Assembly (NCBI GenBank): GCA_038087875.1 | Contig: JAXLNO010000446.1 | Coordinates: 868,001 to 932,000 of the forward strand | Reading direction: 5' to 3' | Length of the DNA: 64,000 bases | Source of the DNA: Malacoraja senta | Taxonomy: Eukaryota | Shown here: in pieces, positions 26,745-37,598 of the stretch | Layout of the letters: every line of letters begins with the position of its first letter | Numbering within the stretch: the first letter of the stretch is position 1 | The notes under the pieces: model-generated | What the model was told of the DNA's origin: nothing | Databases searched by the model: none | Seen by the model: the letters and a program-made list of their open reading frames with translations, nothing else | Made by a program: the position numbers and the translations under genes

Positions 26745-28445
26745 GTGGGCCTGTACTCGCTGGAGTTTAGAAGGATGAGGGGATCCTCTTTGATACTGAC
26801 TGAATAGTGAAAGGCTTGGATAGAGTGGATGTGGAGAGGATGTTTCTACTTGTGGGAGCGTCTAGGACTAGAGGGCACAGCCTCAGAATTAAAGGGCATA
26901 CCTTTAGGAAGGTGATGAGGAGGAATTTCTGTAGTCAGAGGGTGGTGAATCTGTGGAATTCATTGCCACAGACGGCTGTGGAGGCCAAGTCAATGGATAT
27001 TTTTAAAGCGGATATTGATAGATTCTTGACTAGTACGGGTGTCAGGGGTGTATGGGGAAAAGGCAGGATAATGGAGTTAGGAGGGAGAGATAGATCTGCC
27101 ATGATTGAATGGGCCGAATGGCCTCATTCTGATCCTATGACGAGGTTAATCCCCGGGATAGCAGGATTGTCATATGAGTGTAGTCGAGTGGTGGTGCCAT
27201 TGAGTGTGGCTGCCTCACCTGCAGCTGTCTGTCCTTTCATTCTTTTGGTTATTTTTAGTCTGTTTTAAAGTTAGTTTTTGGAGGTCTTTTAATCTTTTTT
27301 GTGGGGGGGGGAAACTGTTTTTCTTAGTCACTTCCTGGCGAGGATGTGACTATTCTCCGAGCTGCATCTTCGCCCCCCTCCTCGCGGACTACCACCTGGA
27401 TTGGCGCGGCCTTTCCTGCCGGAGACCGGCCAGAGCCTCAGCTTCAGCAGCGGCGACACAGCGGATTCCATCGCGGAGCGAGCGATGCCTTACCGGGATC
27501 GCCGTGTTGGAGCTCCGGAGTGCTGGGACTGCCGACTTTGAACACTGTGGAGCTGTGGTCTGTGGAGCTTCCAGCCGCGGGCGGCGCTTACTTTCCAGCC
27601 GCTGGCCGCGCTGACTTTAACATCGCGGAGCCTGGGATCTCTCACCGAGGTCGCCAACGTTGAATCTCCGCCCAGCTCGGCTTGTGGACTTCGGAAGCTG
27701 CGGTCTCCGGTAGGAAGCGGCTGATTCGGAGGCTCCGGGCCGCTGAGAATGTTCTTCCGTTCGAGGGCCTGAAACATCAGGCCAGTAGCGGCGAATGCGG
27801 AGGCCTCAATAGGCCCCGACCACGGGTGAACAGAGGAAGATGACTGAACTTTGGTGCCTTCCCTCACAGTGGGAAACGTTGATTCCTCTGTGGGGGGATG
27901 TTTTTTTTTAATGTTTTATGTTAAATTCTAAAGTGCTGCATGGTAACTCAAATTTCACTGCACCAATTGGTGTATGTGACAAGAAATGTCCTTTGAGAAA
28001 TGTCCTTTGTCCTTTGAGGAAAGATCGGAAAGACTGGGCTTGTATTCAATCGAATTTAGAAGGATGAGAGGATATGTTATATAAACATGTAAAATTATAA
28101 AACGAGCTAGATGCAGGAAAAAAATTCCCAATGTTGGGGGAGTCCGGAACCAGGGGCCGCAGTCTGAGAATTAAGGGGAGGCCATTTAAAACTGAAATGA
28201 GAAAAAACTTTTTCACCCAGAGAGTTGTGAATTTGTGGAATTCCCTGCCACAGTGGAGGCCAATTCACTGGATGAATTTAACAGAGTTAGATAGAGCTCT
28301 AGGGGCTAGTGCAATCAAGGGATATGGGGAGAAGGCAGGCACGGGTTTTTGGTTGTAGGTGATCAGCCATGATCACAATGAATGGCGGTGCTGGCTCGAA
28401 GGGCCAAATGGCCTCCACCTGCACCTATTTTCTACGTTTCTCTGT
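26745..28445 (+). mobile_element. Two CR1 3' fragments, the second split by the 27179-28014 element
   Basis: KGLDRVDVERMF..SRTRGHSLRIKG..SQRVVNLWNSLP. RLIPGIAGLSYE at about 27140-27178 resumes after 28014. Confidence 0.8.
27179..28014 (+). mobile_element. GC-rich ~836-bp non-autonomous retroelement, full-length and bounded by a TGAG duplication
   Basis: Splits the CR1 sequence CATATGAG|GAAAG with TGAG at 27175-27178 and 28015-28018. It has a 3' hairpin, a TTTCACTG..GTGACAA tail and short GTCCTTT terminal repeats. No tRNA A/B boxes seen. Confidence 0.75.
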
Positions 28446-29152
28446 TCCTCTGACTTATGAAGGATGCAAAAAGTGAGATAACATAAAACTATCGTATAGG
28501 TGATCAATGGGCGACACGGATTTGGTGGGTCGAAGGGCATCTGTTTTGTATCTCTGTATTAGAAAATTAAAAGGAGTTTCTGTTCCTTCAGAGGAGAGAA
28601 ATTAAATTGCTCTGAGAACTTTGATAAAACAATAACAAGAGAAAAACATACTCGGTGTTGAGAAATGATATGCTGGGAAGAGCAATTGCGATGCGAGGCA
28701 GGCAGGAATGACTTCACACGGACAGCGTTGGTTCAGGAGGCTTTGTCACTGTCATATTTGTTTCATTCTCTTGTTCACCGCATGCCATGGCGTACCACCC
28801 TGCCATCATTACTTCATTATCTTCAAGGATATCTTCAGTGCAGCTTCTGATCCACAGCCCACGTCAGTCCATGAATAACACTTGCTTCCCTCAAACACCA
28901 CCAAGCCCATCAGCATTGTTTATTTGCAACTTCTACATACAAGATCTGTTTGAAAACAAACAGCTGAGCAAATACATTTTATTTTCTCTGCTCCATGAGA
29001 GGAATAGATCGGGTCAACGTGTCCCACGTACACCAGTCCCATCTACACAAGGTGCTCCAGTTTCCTCCCACACCCCCAAAGAGGTACAGATATGTAGGCT
29101 AATTGGCTTGGTATAATTGTAAATTGTCGCTAGTGTGTGTAGGATAGTGTTG

Positions 29153-29619
29153 AGGGCCTGTCCCACTTGGCCGTCATTTGTGCCTCATTTACGCGTCATA
29201 TGTGAAATAGGTCGACGCGTCGTGGCGCGTGGGTGACGCACGCATTGCGCATGGTGAGGTGTGGAATCGCATGCGGTGGCGCGCGGTATCGTGCGGCGCT
29301 CCAGGATTTCGTAGTGTAACGAAATCCTTGTGCGCCACCTGCGTGACGTATCGCGTACGCACGCTGATGTATTGGCTACGCACGCTGGCGTCCCGACGTC
29401 TCACGTGTATCGCGTGGTGACGCATGGTTACATCACCATGTGTCAACGTCCGTAACCATGCATCGCTGCGCGCCGCAGGGTATTTTAATGACGTTATGCG
29501 CGCCAGACGGCTGTGTTGACGCGTGATTTGCGAGCGACATCGCACATCACGACGCGTCGACCTATTTTACATATGACGCGTAAATGCGGCGCAAATGACG
29601 GCCAAGTGGGACAGGCCCT
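29153..29619. mobile_element. CpG-rich MITE with long TIRs (PIF/Harbinger-like), inserted in a V-SINE
   Basis: AGGGCCTGTCCCACTTGGCCGTCATTTG..CAAATGACGGCCAAGTGGGACAGGCCCT with imperfect TIRs of about 70 bp. Removing it restores the SINE GTGTTAGTGTGCGG, implying a 3-bp TTA duplication (left copy reads TTG). Confidence 0.9.
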
Positions 29620-31730
29620 TTAGTGTGCGGAGATCGCTGGTCGGCGCAGTCTCGGTGAGCCAAAGGGCCTATTTCTGTGCTGTATCTCTAAACTAAAATA
29701 AAATAAAAGTTAACATTCGTTCTGTTACGTAAGCAGGAATGTCATGAGCACAACAAGGCATTTTTAAAAATCTGGTCTCAGGATAATTGATGGTTTATAT
29801 TGGAGTTCCTGCCAGACCCAACAATATAAAGGGCCGAACACAAATGATCTGATCCACAATGGTCTATGTTTTCTGTTTCGGTCTTCTCCATTGGATGATG
29901 CATTTTATTCAATCATTTGTTATCAGTCGTATCCAGCCTCAGCTGCCAGCTACAGAAAGGATGGGGTAATGGTTTTCCAAAACACATCAGAAGTCACTGA
30001 AGCATAACCTAGTCCACAATACTCTGGTATGTCATTGTTATTGTGTTATGTTAGTGTTAACACCAGTCTAGGACAAGAGGGCACAGCCTCAGAATTAAAG
30101 GACGTTTCTTTAGGTAGGAGATGAGGAGAAATTTATTTAGCCAGAGGGTGGCGAATCCTCCTCATCTCCTTCCAAAAATAATCTCCCTCAGGTTCCTACA
30201 AAATCTTTCTCCCCTCACCTTAAACCTATGTTCCCTGGTCCTCGAGACAGAGTCTCTTGCCCAGAGTAGGGAAATCAAGTACCAGAGGACATAGGTTTAA
30301 GGTGAGGGGAGAAAGATTTAATAGGAACCTGAGGGACATTCTTTTATGAAGGAGATGAGGAGGAATTTCTTTAGCCAGAGGGCGGTGAATCTGTGGAATT
30401 CTTTGCCTTCAAAGGATGTGGAGGCCAAGTCAATCGATATTTATAAGGCAGAGAGAGAGCTTGATTAGTACGGGTGTCTGGGGTTATGGGGAGAAGGCAG
30501 GAGAATGGGGTTAGGAGGGAGAGATAGATCAGCCATGATTGAATGGTGAAGTAGACTTGATGGGCTGAATGGCCTAATTCTACTATCACTTATGACCTTA
30601 TGAGGGGTACCTTTTCATGCCAAGGGTGCTGGAGGGATGTAACGAGCAGCCGGATGGTGGAGGGAGTTGAGGCAGGGACCATATGTTTAAGAAATATTAC
30701 GACAGGTACATGGACAGGAAAGGTTTAGGATGGTTCAGTTGCCTGATAACCGCTGGGAAGAAACTGCCCCTGAATCTGGAGATGTGCGTTTTCACACTTC
30801 TGTACCTCTTACCCGATGGGAGAGGGGAGAAGAGGGAGTGGCCAGGGTGAGCCGGGTCCTTGATTATGCTGCTGGCCTTGCCGAGGCAGCGTGAGGTGTA
30901 GATGGAGTCAATGGAAGGGTGGTTGGTTTGTGTGATGGTCTGGGCTGCGTTCCCAATTCTCTGCAATTTCTACACAAGAAATTCCTCCCTCCGGTTATTG
31001 CAGGTGTTCATAAGTTCATTAGTGATAGGAGCAAAATTAGGCTATTCAGCCCATCAAGTCTACTCCGCTATTCAGCCATGGCTGACCTATCTCACCCACA
31101 TTCCCCTGCCTTCTCCCATAACTTTGACGCCCGTACTATTCAAGAATCTGTCAATCTCCATTGACTTGGCCTCCACAGTCGTCTGTGGCAATGAATTCCA
31201 CAGATTCACCACCCTCTGACTGAAGAAATTTCTCCTCATCTTCTTCCCAAAGGAACGTCCTTTCATTCTGAGTCTGTGACCTCTGGTGTTAACACTAACA
31301 TAACACAATGACAATGACATACAAGAGTATTGTGGACTAGGTTATGCTTCAGTGACTTCTGATGTGTTTTGGAAAACCATTTCCCCATCCTTTCTGTAGC
31401 TGGCAGCTGAGGCTGGATACGACTGATAACAAATGATTGAATAAAATGCATCATCCAATGGAGAAGACCGAAACAGAAAACATAGACCATTGTGGATCAG
31501 ATCATTTGTGTTCGGCTCTTTATATTGTTGGGTCTGGCAGGAACTCCAATATAAACCATAAATTATCCTGAGACCAGATTTAAAAAAGATGAGTTCCATT
31601 TAAATGCCTTGTTGTGCTGATGATATTCGTGTTTACTTAATGGAGTGAATGTTAACTTTTAGTTTAATTTAGTTTAGAGATACAGCGTGGAAACAGGCCC
31701 TTCGGCCAACCAGCCATCCCCGCACACTAC
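29620..31730. repeat. Local inverted duplication (arms about 29620-30150 and 31195-31730)
   Basis: The unique-looking 29705-30066 is the near-exact reverse complement of 31283-31660. Flanking SINE-tail and CR1 pieces are mirrored too. Confidence 0.9.
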
Positions 31731-32113
31731 ACACACTAGCAACAATTTAGATTTATGCCAAGCCAATTAACCTTTAAACCTGTGCGTCTATGGAGTGTGG
31801 GAGGAAACCAAAGCACCTTGCCCACGTCAGCCAACATGTCCCATCTATGCCAGTCCCACCTGCCTGTGTTTGGTCCATATCCCTCTAAACCTGTCCTATC
31901 CATGTACCTCTCTAAAAAATGTTTCTTAAACGTTGCGCTAGTCCCTGCCTCAACTCCTCCGGCAGCTCGTTCCATTCACTTGGTTCTCCATTCACCTGCT
32001 TTAGGCAAGAGTCTCCGTGCGGCCACCGAGGAACCGCCCAACTTTGCCGCCTCACCGGGACCGGCAAATTTTGCCACCTCACCGGGACCGCCTCACCTCG
32101 CTCCCTCACCGGT

Positions 32114-32562
32114 ACATAGATACATAGATACATAGAAAATAGGTGCAGGAGTAGGCCATTCGGCCCTTCGAGCCTGCACCGCCATTCAATATGATCATGG
32201 CTGATCATCCAACTCAGTATCCCGTACCTGCCTTCTCTCCATACCCCCTGATCCCTTTAGCCACAAGGGCCACATCTAACTCCCTCTTAAATATAGCCAA
32301 TGAACTGGCCTCAACTACCCTCTGTGGCAGAGAGTTCCAGAGATTCACCACTCTCTGTGTGAAAAAGTTTTTCCTCATCTCGGTCTTAAAGGATTTCCCC
32401 CTTATCCTTAAGCTGTGACCCCTTGTCCTGGACTTCCCCAACATCGGGAACAATCTTCCTGCATCTAGCCTGTCCAACCCCATAAGAATTTTGTACGTTT
32501 CTATAAGATCCCCTCTCAATCTCCTAAATTCTAGCGAGTATAAGCCAAGTCTATCCAGTCTT
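32114..32562 (-). mobile_element. CR1 3' fragment (same subfamily as 44422-48920)
   Basis: RGDLIETYKIL.GLDRLDAGRLFPMLGKSRTRGHSLRIRG..GYGEKAGTGY plus a (TATGTATC)n-type tail. Confidence 0.9.
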
Positions 32563-33805
32563 TCCCCCTCCCCCCCCTAACACCATGGGGTCTAACTGTG
32601 CTGGGTCCTAGTGCTCCACCCCTAACACCACGGGGTCTGACTGTGCTGGGTCCTAGTGCCCCCCCCTTCCCCTCTAACACAGGGAACCTCAGTGGCCGTT
32701 ACACTGGGTCTTCTCCCTCCCCCTTAAACCACGTGACCCCAGCTCCTCCCCACCCACACCACAGTCCTCATACCCCGCTCCTCCTTCACCACCCACCACC
32801 CCGCAACCAGACATCGCCTCGGCCTCAGTCCATTCACCTGCCTTCCTCCGGCCCCAACCCCCATCCTTGCTGTGTGTTCACCATACCCCCTGACCTCCCC
32901 CTCCCTGATACCGAACGGTCGGTCCTCAGCAGAGACCTCACCTTTGTTCCCCTCCGTCCCCACCTCAATGAGTTCCACGCCCGCCACGATGTGGAGTTCT
33001 TCTTCCGTCGCCTCCGCCTCACCGCATTCTTCCATGGGAAGGATTCCTTGCCCTTCTCCCGTCTCCAACGGACCCCCTCCTCTTGGACTCCCCCTCATGG
33101 CCATCTACCTGCTTTAGACCTTTTTATTTTAAACTGCTGACGGAACATAAACCGCCTCAACTTCTCCACTCCCCTGTCTCACTCTAACCTCTCCCCCCCT
33201 GAACGTACAGCCCTCCACTCACTCTGCAACAACCCAGACTGGGTGATCAAACCGGCCGACAAAGGAGGTGCCGTGGTAGTCTGGCGCGCTGATCTCTACA
33301 AGGCTGAGGCAACGCACCAACTCTCAGACACCTCCTATAACTTATCCTTGGACCATGACCCCACAGACGAGCACCAGGCCATTATCTTAATGACTATCAC
33401 TGGCTTCATCACCTCCGGCTCCCTGCCCTCCCAAGCCTCCAACCTCATCGTTCCCCAGCCCAGCACAGCCCGAATGTACCTTCTCCCTAAAATCCACATA
33501 CCTGACTGTCCTGGTAGACCCATTGTTTCTGCTTGTTCGTGTCCCACTGAACTTATTTCCACATACCTCAACTCCATCCTATCCCCCCTGGTTAGCTTCC
33601 CAGCTCTCCCACAGCCCACTGTCTCCGCCTCTTCCTTTCTTCTTCCTGCCCCCCCCCCCCCCCACCCCCACATCAGTCTGAAGAAGGGTCTCGACCCGAA
33701 ACGTCACCTATTCCTTCGCTCCATAGATGCTGCCTCACCTGCTGAGTTTCTCCAACATTTGTGTCTATCTTCGATTTTTCCAGCAGCTGCAGTTCCTTCT
33801 TCAAC
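32563..33805 (+). mobile_element. Penelope-like element remnant: N-terminal and early RT region joined directly to the 3' terminal sequence
   Basis: One frame with a single stop at 33138: ERSVLSR.LTFVP..FFRRLRL..SNLSPPERTALHSL..VIKPADKGGAVVVW..YLLPKIH..PGRPIVS..TELIS, all PLE RT hallmarks. It is followed by the CTGAAGAAGGG..CCGAAACGTC terminal region. Confidence 0.88.
33678..33705 (+). ncRNA. Minimal hammerhead-ribozyme-like core in the PLE terminal region
   Basis: CTGAAGA, then A and GGGTC-TC-GACCC (helix II), then GAAACGTC (palindromic ACGT helix III, GUC triplet). Helix I pairing is weak. Confidence 0.55.
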
Positions 33806-33959
33806 AATTGTGCGTCCACCCGCGTCGCACGATTTAATGAGAGGTGATCCTCGAGAGGTGTGCAAGATCATGAGAGGATTGGATAGGGTAGATGCACAGA
33901 GCTTTTTAGACAGAGTAGAGAAATTGAGAATTGGTTTAGGTGAGGGGAAAGATTTAATT

Positions 33960-35275
33960 GGGATAGGATATACAGGCATTTGGATGAGCAAGGGCTGATT
34001 AGGGATAATCAGCATGGTTTTGTACGTGGGAGGTCGTGTCTCATAAATCTGATTGAGTTTTTTGAAGATGTGGCCAAAAAGGTCAATGGGGGCAGAGCAG
34101 TAGATGTTGTATATGTGAACTTCAGTAAGGCGTTCAACAAGATTCTGCATGGTAGGCTGCTCTGGAAGGTTAGATTGCATGGGATCCAAGGAGAGATAGC
34201 TGAATGGATAGCACATTGGCTCCATGGAAGGAAGCAGAGGGCTATGGTGGAAGGTTGCTTCTCAGACTGGATGCCTGTGACCAGTGGTGTGCCTCAGGGT
34301 TTGGTGCTGGGCCCATTACTGCTTGTCATGTACATCAATGATTTGGATGAGAACATACAGGGCAAGATTAGCAAGTTTGCTGATGATACAAAAGTGGGTG
34401 GTTTTGCAGATAGTGAAGATGGTTGTGAACGATTGCAGCAGGATCTGGATCGATTGGCCAGGTGGGCGGAGGAATGTTTGATGGAATTTAATACAGAGAA
34501 AAGTGAGGTGTTGCATTTTGGGATGTCGAACAAGGGCAGGACCTACACAGTGAATGGTCGGCCTCTGGGTAGTGTTGTAGAGCAGAGGGGTCTAGGAGTA
34601 CAGGTGCATGGTTCCTTGAAGGTCGAGTCGCAGGTAGATATGGTGGTCAAAAAGGCTTTTGGCACTTTGGCCTTCATCAGTATTGAGTATAGAAGTGGGA
34701 GGTCATGTTGCAGTTGTATAAGACGTTGGTGAGACCGCATTTAGAATATTGTGTTCAATTCTGGGCACCATGTTGTAGGAAAGATACCCAACTGGAAAAG
34801 GTACAGAGATTTACGAGGATGTTGCCAGGACTAGAGGGTGTGAGCTATAGGGAGATGTTGAGTAGGCTGGGACACTATTCCATGGAGTGTAGGAGGATGA
34901 GGGGAGATCTTATAGAGGTGGAAAAATCATGAGAGGAATAGATCGGGTAGATGCACAGAGTCTCTTGCCCAGAATAGGCGAATCAAGGACCAGAGGACAT
35001 AGGTTTAAGGTGAAGGGGAAAAGATTTAATAGGAATCTAAGGGGTAACTTTTTCACACAAAGGGTGGTGGCTGTATGGAACGAGCTGCCAGAGGAGGTAG
35101 TTGAGGCAGGGACTATCACAACTTTTAAGAAACTGTTAGGCAGGTACATGGATAGGACAGGTTTGGAGGGATATGGACCAAACGCAGGCAGGTGGGACTA
35201 GTGTAGATGGGACATGTTGGTCGGATGGGTAAGTTGGACCGAAGGGCCTGTTTCCACACTGTGTGACTATGACTC
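33960..35275 (+). mobile_element. CR1-clade LINE, 5'-truncated (RT domain to 3' end), with frameshifts
   Basis: [61 protein letters not shown]. Its 3' UTR resembles the SINE tails. Confidence 0.92.
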
Positions 35276-35616
35276 TGTGGCTGTTCCTCTATTTTGAGAC
35301 TGTGATCTTCGATTCTCATGCAAGGATAAATCTCTGAATTTCGTTCTTATTTATGCATCTTATGTCAGTCATAAATAATTTTATTACTAATAATATCTTT
35401 TGGAATCAGTGATAATGGGATTTTCTGTCTGATAATGGCTTTGGAAAAATCATTGAAAATCTTTTCTATTAAATGGGAGCATAAATCGTACTTTCCTGAT
35501 GGCTATTATTATATTTAATTATTATTTTAATTCTCATCATGGCAAAGAATTGTCTTGTTTTTGATTCAGTTCTTCATGACAAACGGGACTAAAAATCACT
35601 AAGGTTAAATTTGTGT

Positions 35617-36300
35617 CACGGTGGCGCAGCGGTAGAGTCGCTGCCTCATAGCGCCGGAGACCCGGGTTCCATCCTGACTACGGGTGCTGTCTGTACGGAG
35701 TTTGCACGTTCTCCCCGTGACCTGCGTGGGTTTTCTCTCCGAGATGCTCCGGTTTCCTCCCACACTCCAAAGACGTGCAGGTCTGTAGGTTAATTGGTTT
35801 GGTGTAAATGTAAATGGTCTCTAGTGTGTGTAGGGTAGTGTTAGTGTGCGGGGATCGCTGGTCGGCATGGATTCGGTGGGCCGAAAGGCCTGTTTCCGCG
35901 CTGTAGCTCGAAATTAAACTACACTAAATTTGCCGCAAATATCAATTATAAGCAGAAAATATAAAAAATATTCACCAGGTCAGGTAGCAGAGTTAATGGC
36001 AAAGAGGTGCAGCAGGTAGAGCTGCTGCCTCACAGCGTCAGAGACCCGGGTTGGAACCTGACCTCCGGTGCTGTCTGTGTGGAGTTGCTTCCAGGTGCTC
36101 CGGTTTCCTCCCACATCCCAAAGGTGTGCGGGTTTGTAGGTTAATTGTCCCCCTGTAAATTGCCCCCAGTGTGTGTAGGGAGTGGATGAGAAAATGGGAT
36201 AACATAGAACTAGTGTGAATGGGTGATCGATGGTCAGCGTGGACTCGGGGGGACAAAGGGCCCGTTTCCATGTGGTAACGATTAACTAGACTCAACTAAA
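35617..36300 (+). mobile_element. Two tandem V-SINE copies (35617-35925 and about 36005-36300)
   Basis: A-box and B-box heads, central domain, and AAACTA-type tails. Confidence 0.85.
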
Positions 36301-36471
36301 CACGACCATCTCTGACAGAACTTTAGATGACTTTATTTATATTGAATGAATCCAAAATTTGAACATATATAAAAAAATAATTAACTAAACATTCAAGGGG
36401 GAAATAATTCCCCATTCTAAATTCCTAAATTAGCCAAGTTTAGTTTAGTTTAGTTTAGTCTGAAGAACATT

Positions 36472-37125
36472 TATAGGTGACGTTTCACAGAGTGCTGGAG
36501 TAACTCAGCGGGTCAGGCAGCATCTGTGGAGACAATGGATAGGTGACGTTTCACAGAGTGCTGGAGTAACTCAGCGGGTCAGGCAGCATCTGTGGAGAAC
36601 ATGGATAGGTGACGTTTCACAGAGTGCTGGAGTAACTCAGCGGGTCAGGCAGCATCTGTGGAGAACATGGATAGGTGACGTTTCACAGAGTGCTGGAGTA
36701 ACTCAGCGGGTCAGGCAGCATCTGTGGAGAACATGGATAGGTGACGTTTCACAGAGTGCTGGAGTAACTCAGCGGGTCAGGCAGCATCTGTGGAGAACAT
36801 GGATAGGTGACGTTTCACAGAGTGCTGGAGTAACTCAGCGGGTCAGGCAGCATCTGTGGAGAACATGGATAGGTGACGTTTCACAGAGTGCTGGAGTAAC
36901 TCAGCGGGTCAGGCAGCATCAGTGGAGCGAAGGAAATGGGCAACCTTTCGGGCCGAAACCCTGAAGGAAATAGGCAACGTTTTGGGCCGAAACCCGGAAG
37001 GGTTTCGGGCCGAAACGTTGCCTATTTCCTTCGCTCTATAGATGCTGCTGGAACATGGATAGGTGACGTTTCACAGAGTGCTGGAGTAACTCAGCGGGTC
37101 AGGCAGCATCTCTGGGGAACATGGA
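36472..37125. repeat. Largest 66-bp array: 7 units, hairpin module, then 1 unit
   Basis: AGGTGACGTT recurs at 36475, 36541, 36607, 36673, 36739, 36805 and 36871 (period 66), then the fold-back insert, then one more unit. Confidence 0.95.
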
Positions 37126-37328
37126 ATGGGCGGAATCTTTTAACTAAACTAAGTATCTTTACTAATGATACAACGCAGTAAAGGTAGCCGTCATGGGAGG
37201 GTCAAATATCTAGGTTAGGATTGTGTCATATTAATGAAGTCGAGGGCTGGTGAAGTAAGCATTTGCAGCCTGGTTCGCTGATGGAGTAGAATGCACATTG
37301 GTGTCATTAATAAGAGACGCACCCCTTA

Positions 37329-37598
37329 AGGGCCTGTCCCACTTACGTGATTTTTTCGGTGACTTGCCGGCACCCGTCATAGTCGCAGCAGGTCGCCGAA
37401 CATTTTCAAAATGTTGAAAATCCAGCGGCGACCAGAAAAAGGTACGACTCTTTGGGCGACTACTCACCGCTACTCACCACGGGGTGACGCCTGTTTGGTG
37501 GTGAGTAGTGGCCCTTGGAGTCGTACCTTTGTCTGGTTGCTGCTGGATTTTCAACATTTTGGCAAGTTGCCAAAAAAATCACGTAAGCGGGACAGGTC
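37329..37598. mobile_element. MITE with AGGGCCTGTCCCACTT-type TIR (second subfamily)
   Basis: TTA-AGGGCCTGTCCCACTTACGTGATTTTTT...AAAAAAATCACGTAAGCGGGACAGGTC-TTA, with a largely palindromic interior. Confidence 0.85.

Noticed and set aside
31342..31599. 85-aa ORF in the inverted-duplication arm as a gene
   Set aside because: No recognisable homology, and the start region is not shared by the other arm. Frame retention is expected from recent duplication.
36475..36540. The 66-bp unit as a complete hammerhead ribozyme
   Set aside because: It has GAAACGTC on the minus strand but no CTGANGA box, even in circular permutation.
36472..36925. Regular repeat array resembling CRISPR
   Set aside because: Units are head-to-tail and near-identical with no unique spacers. 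There are no cas genes and the context is eukaryotic.
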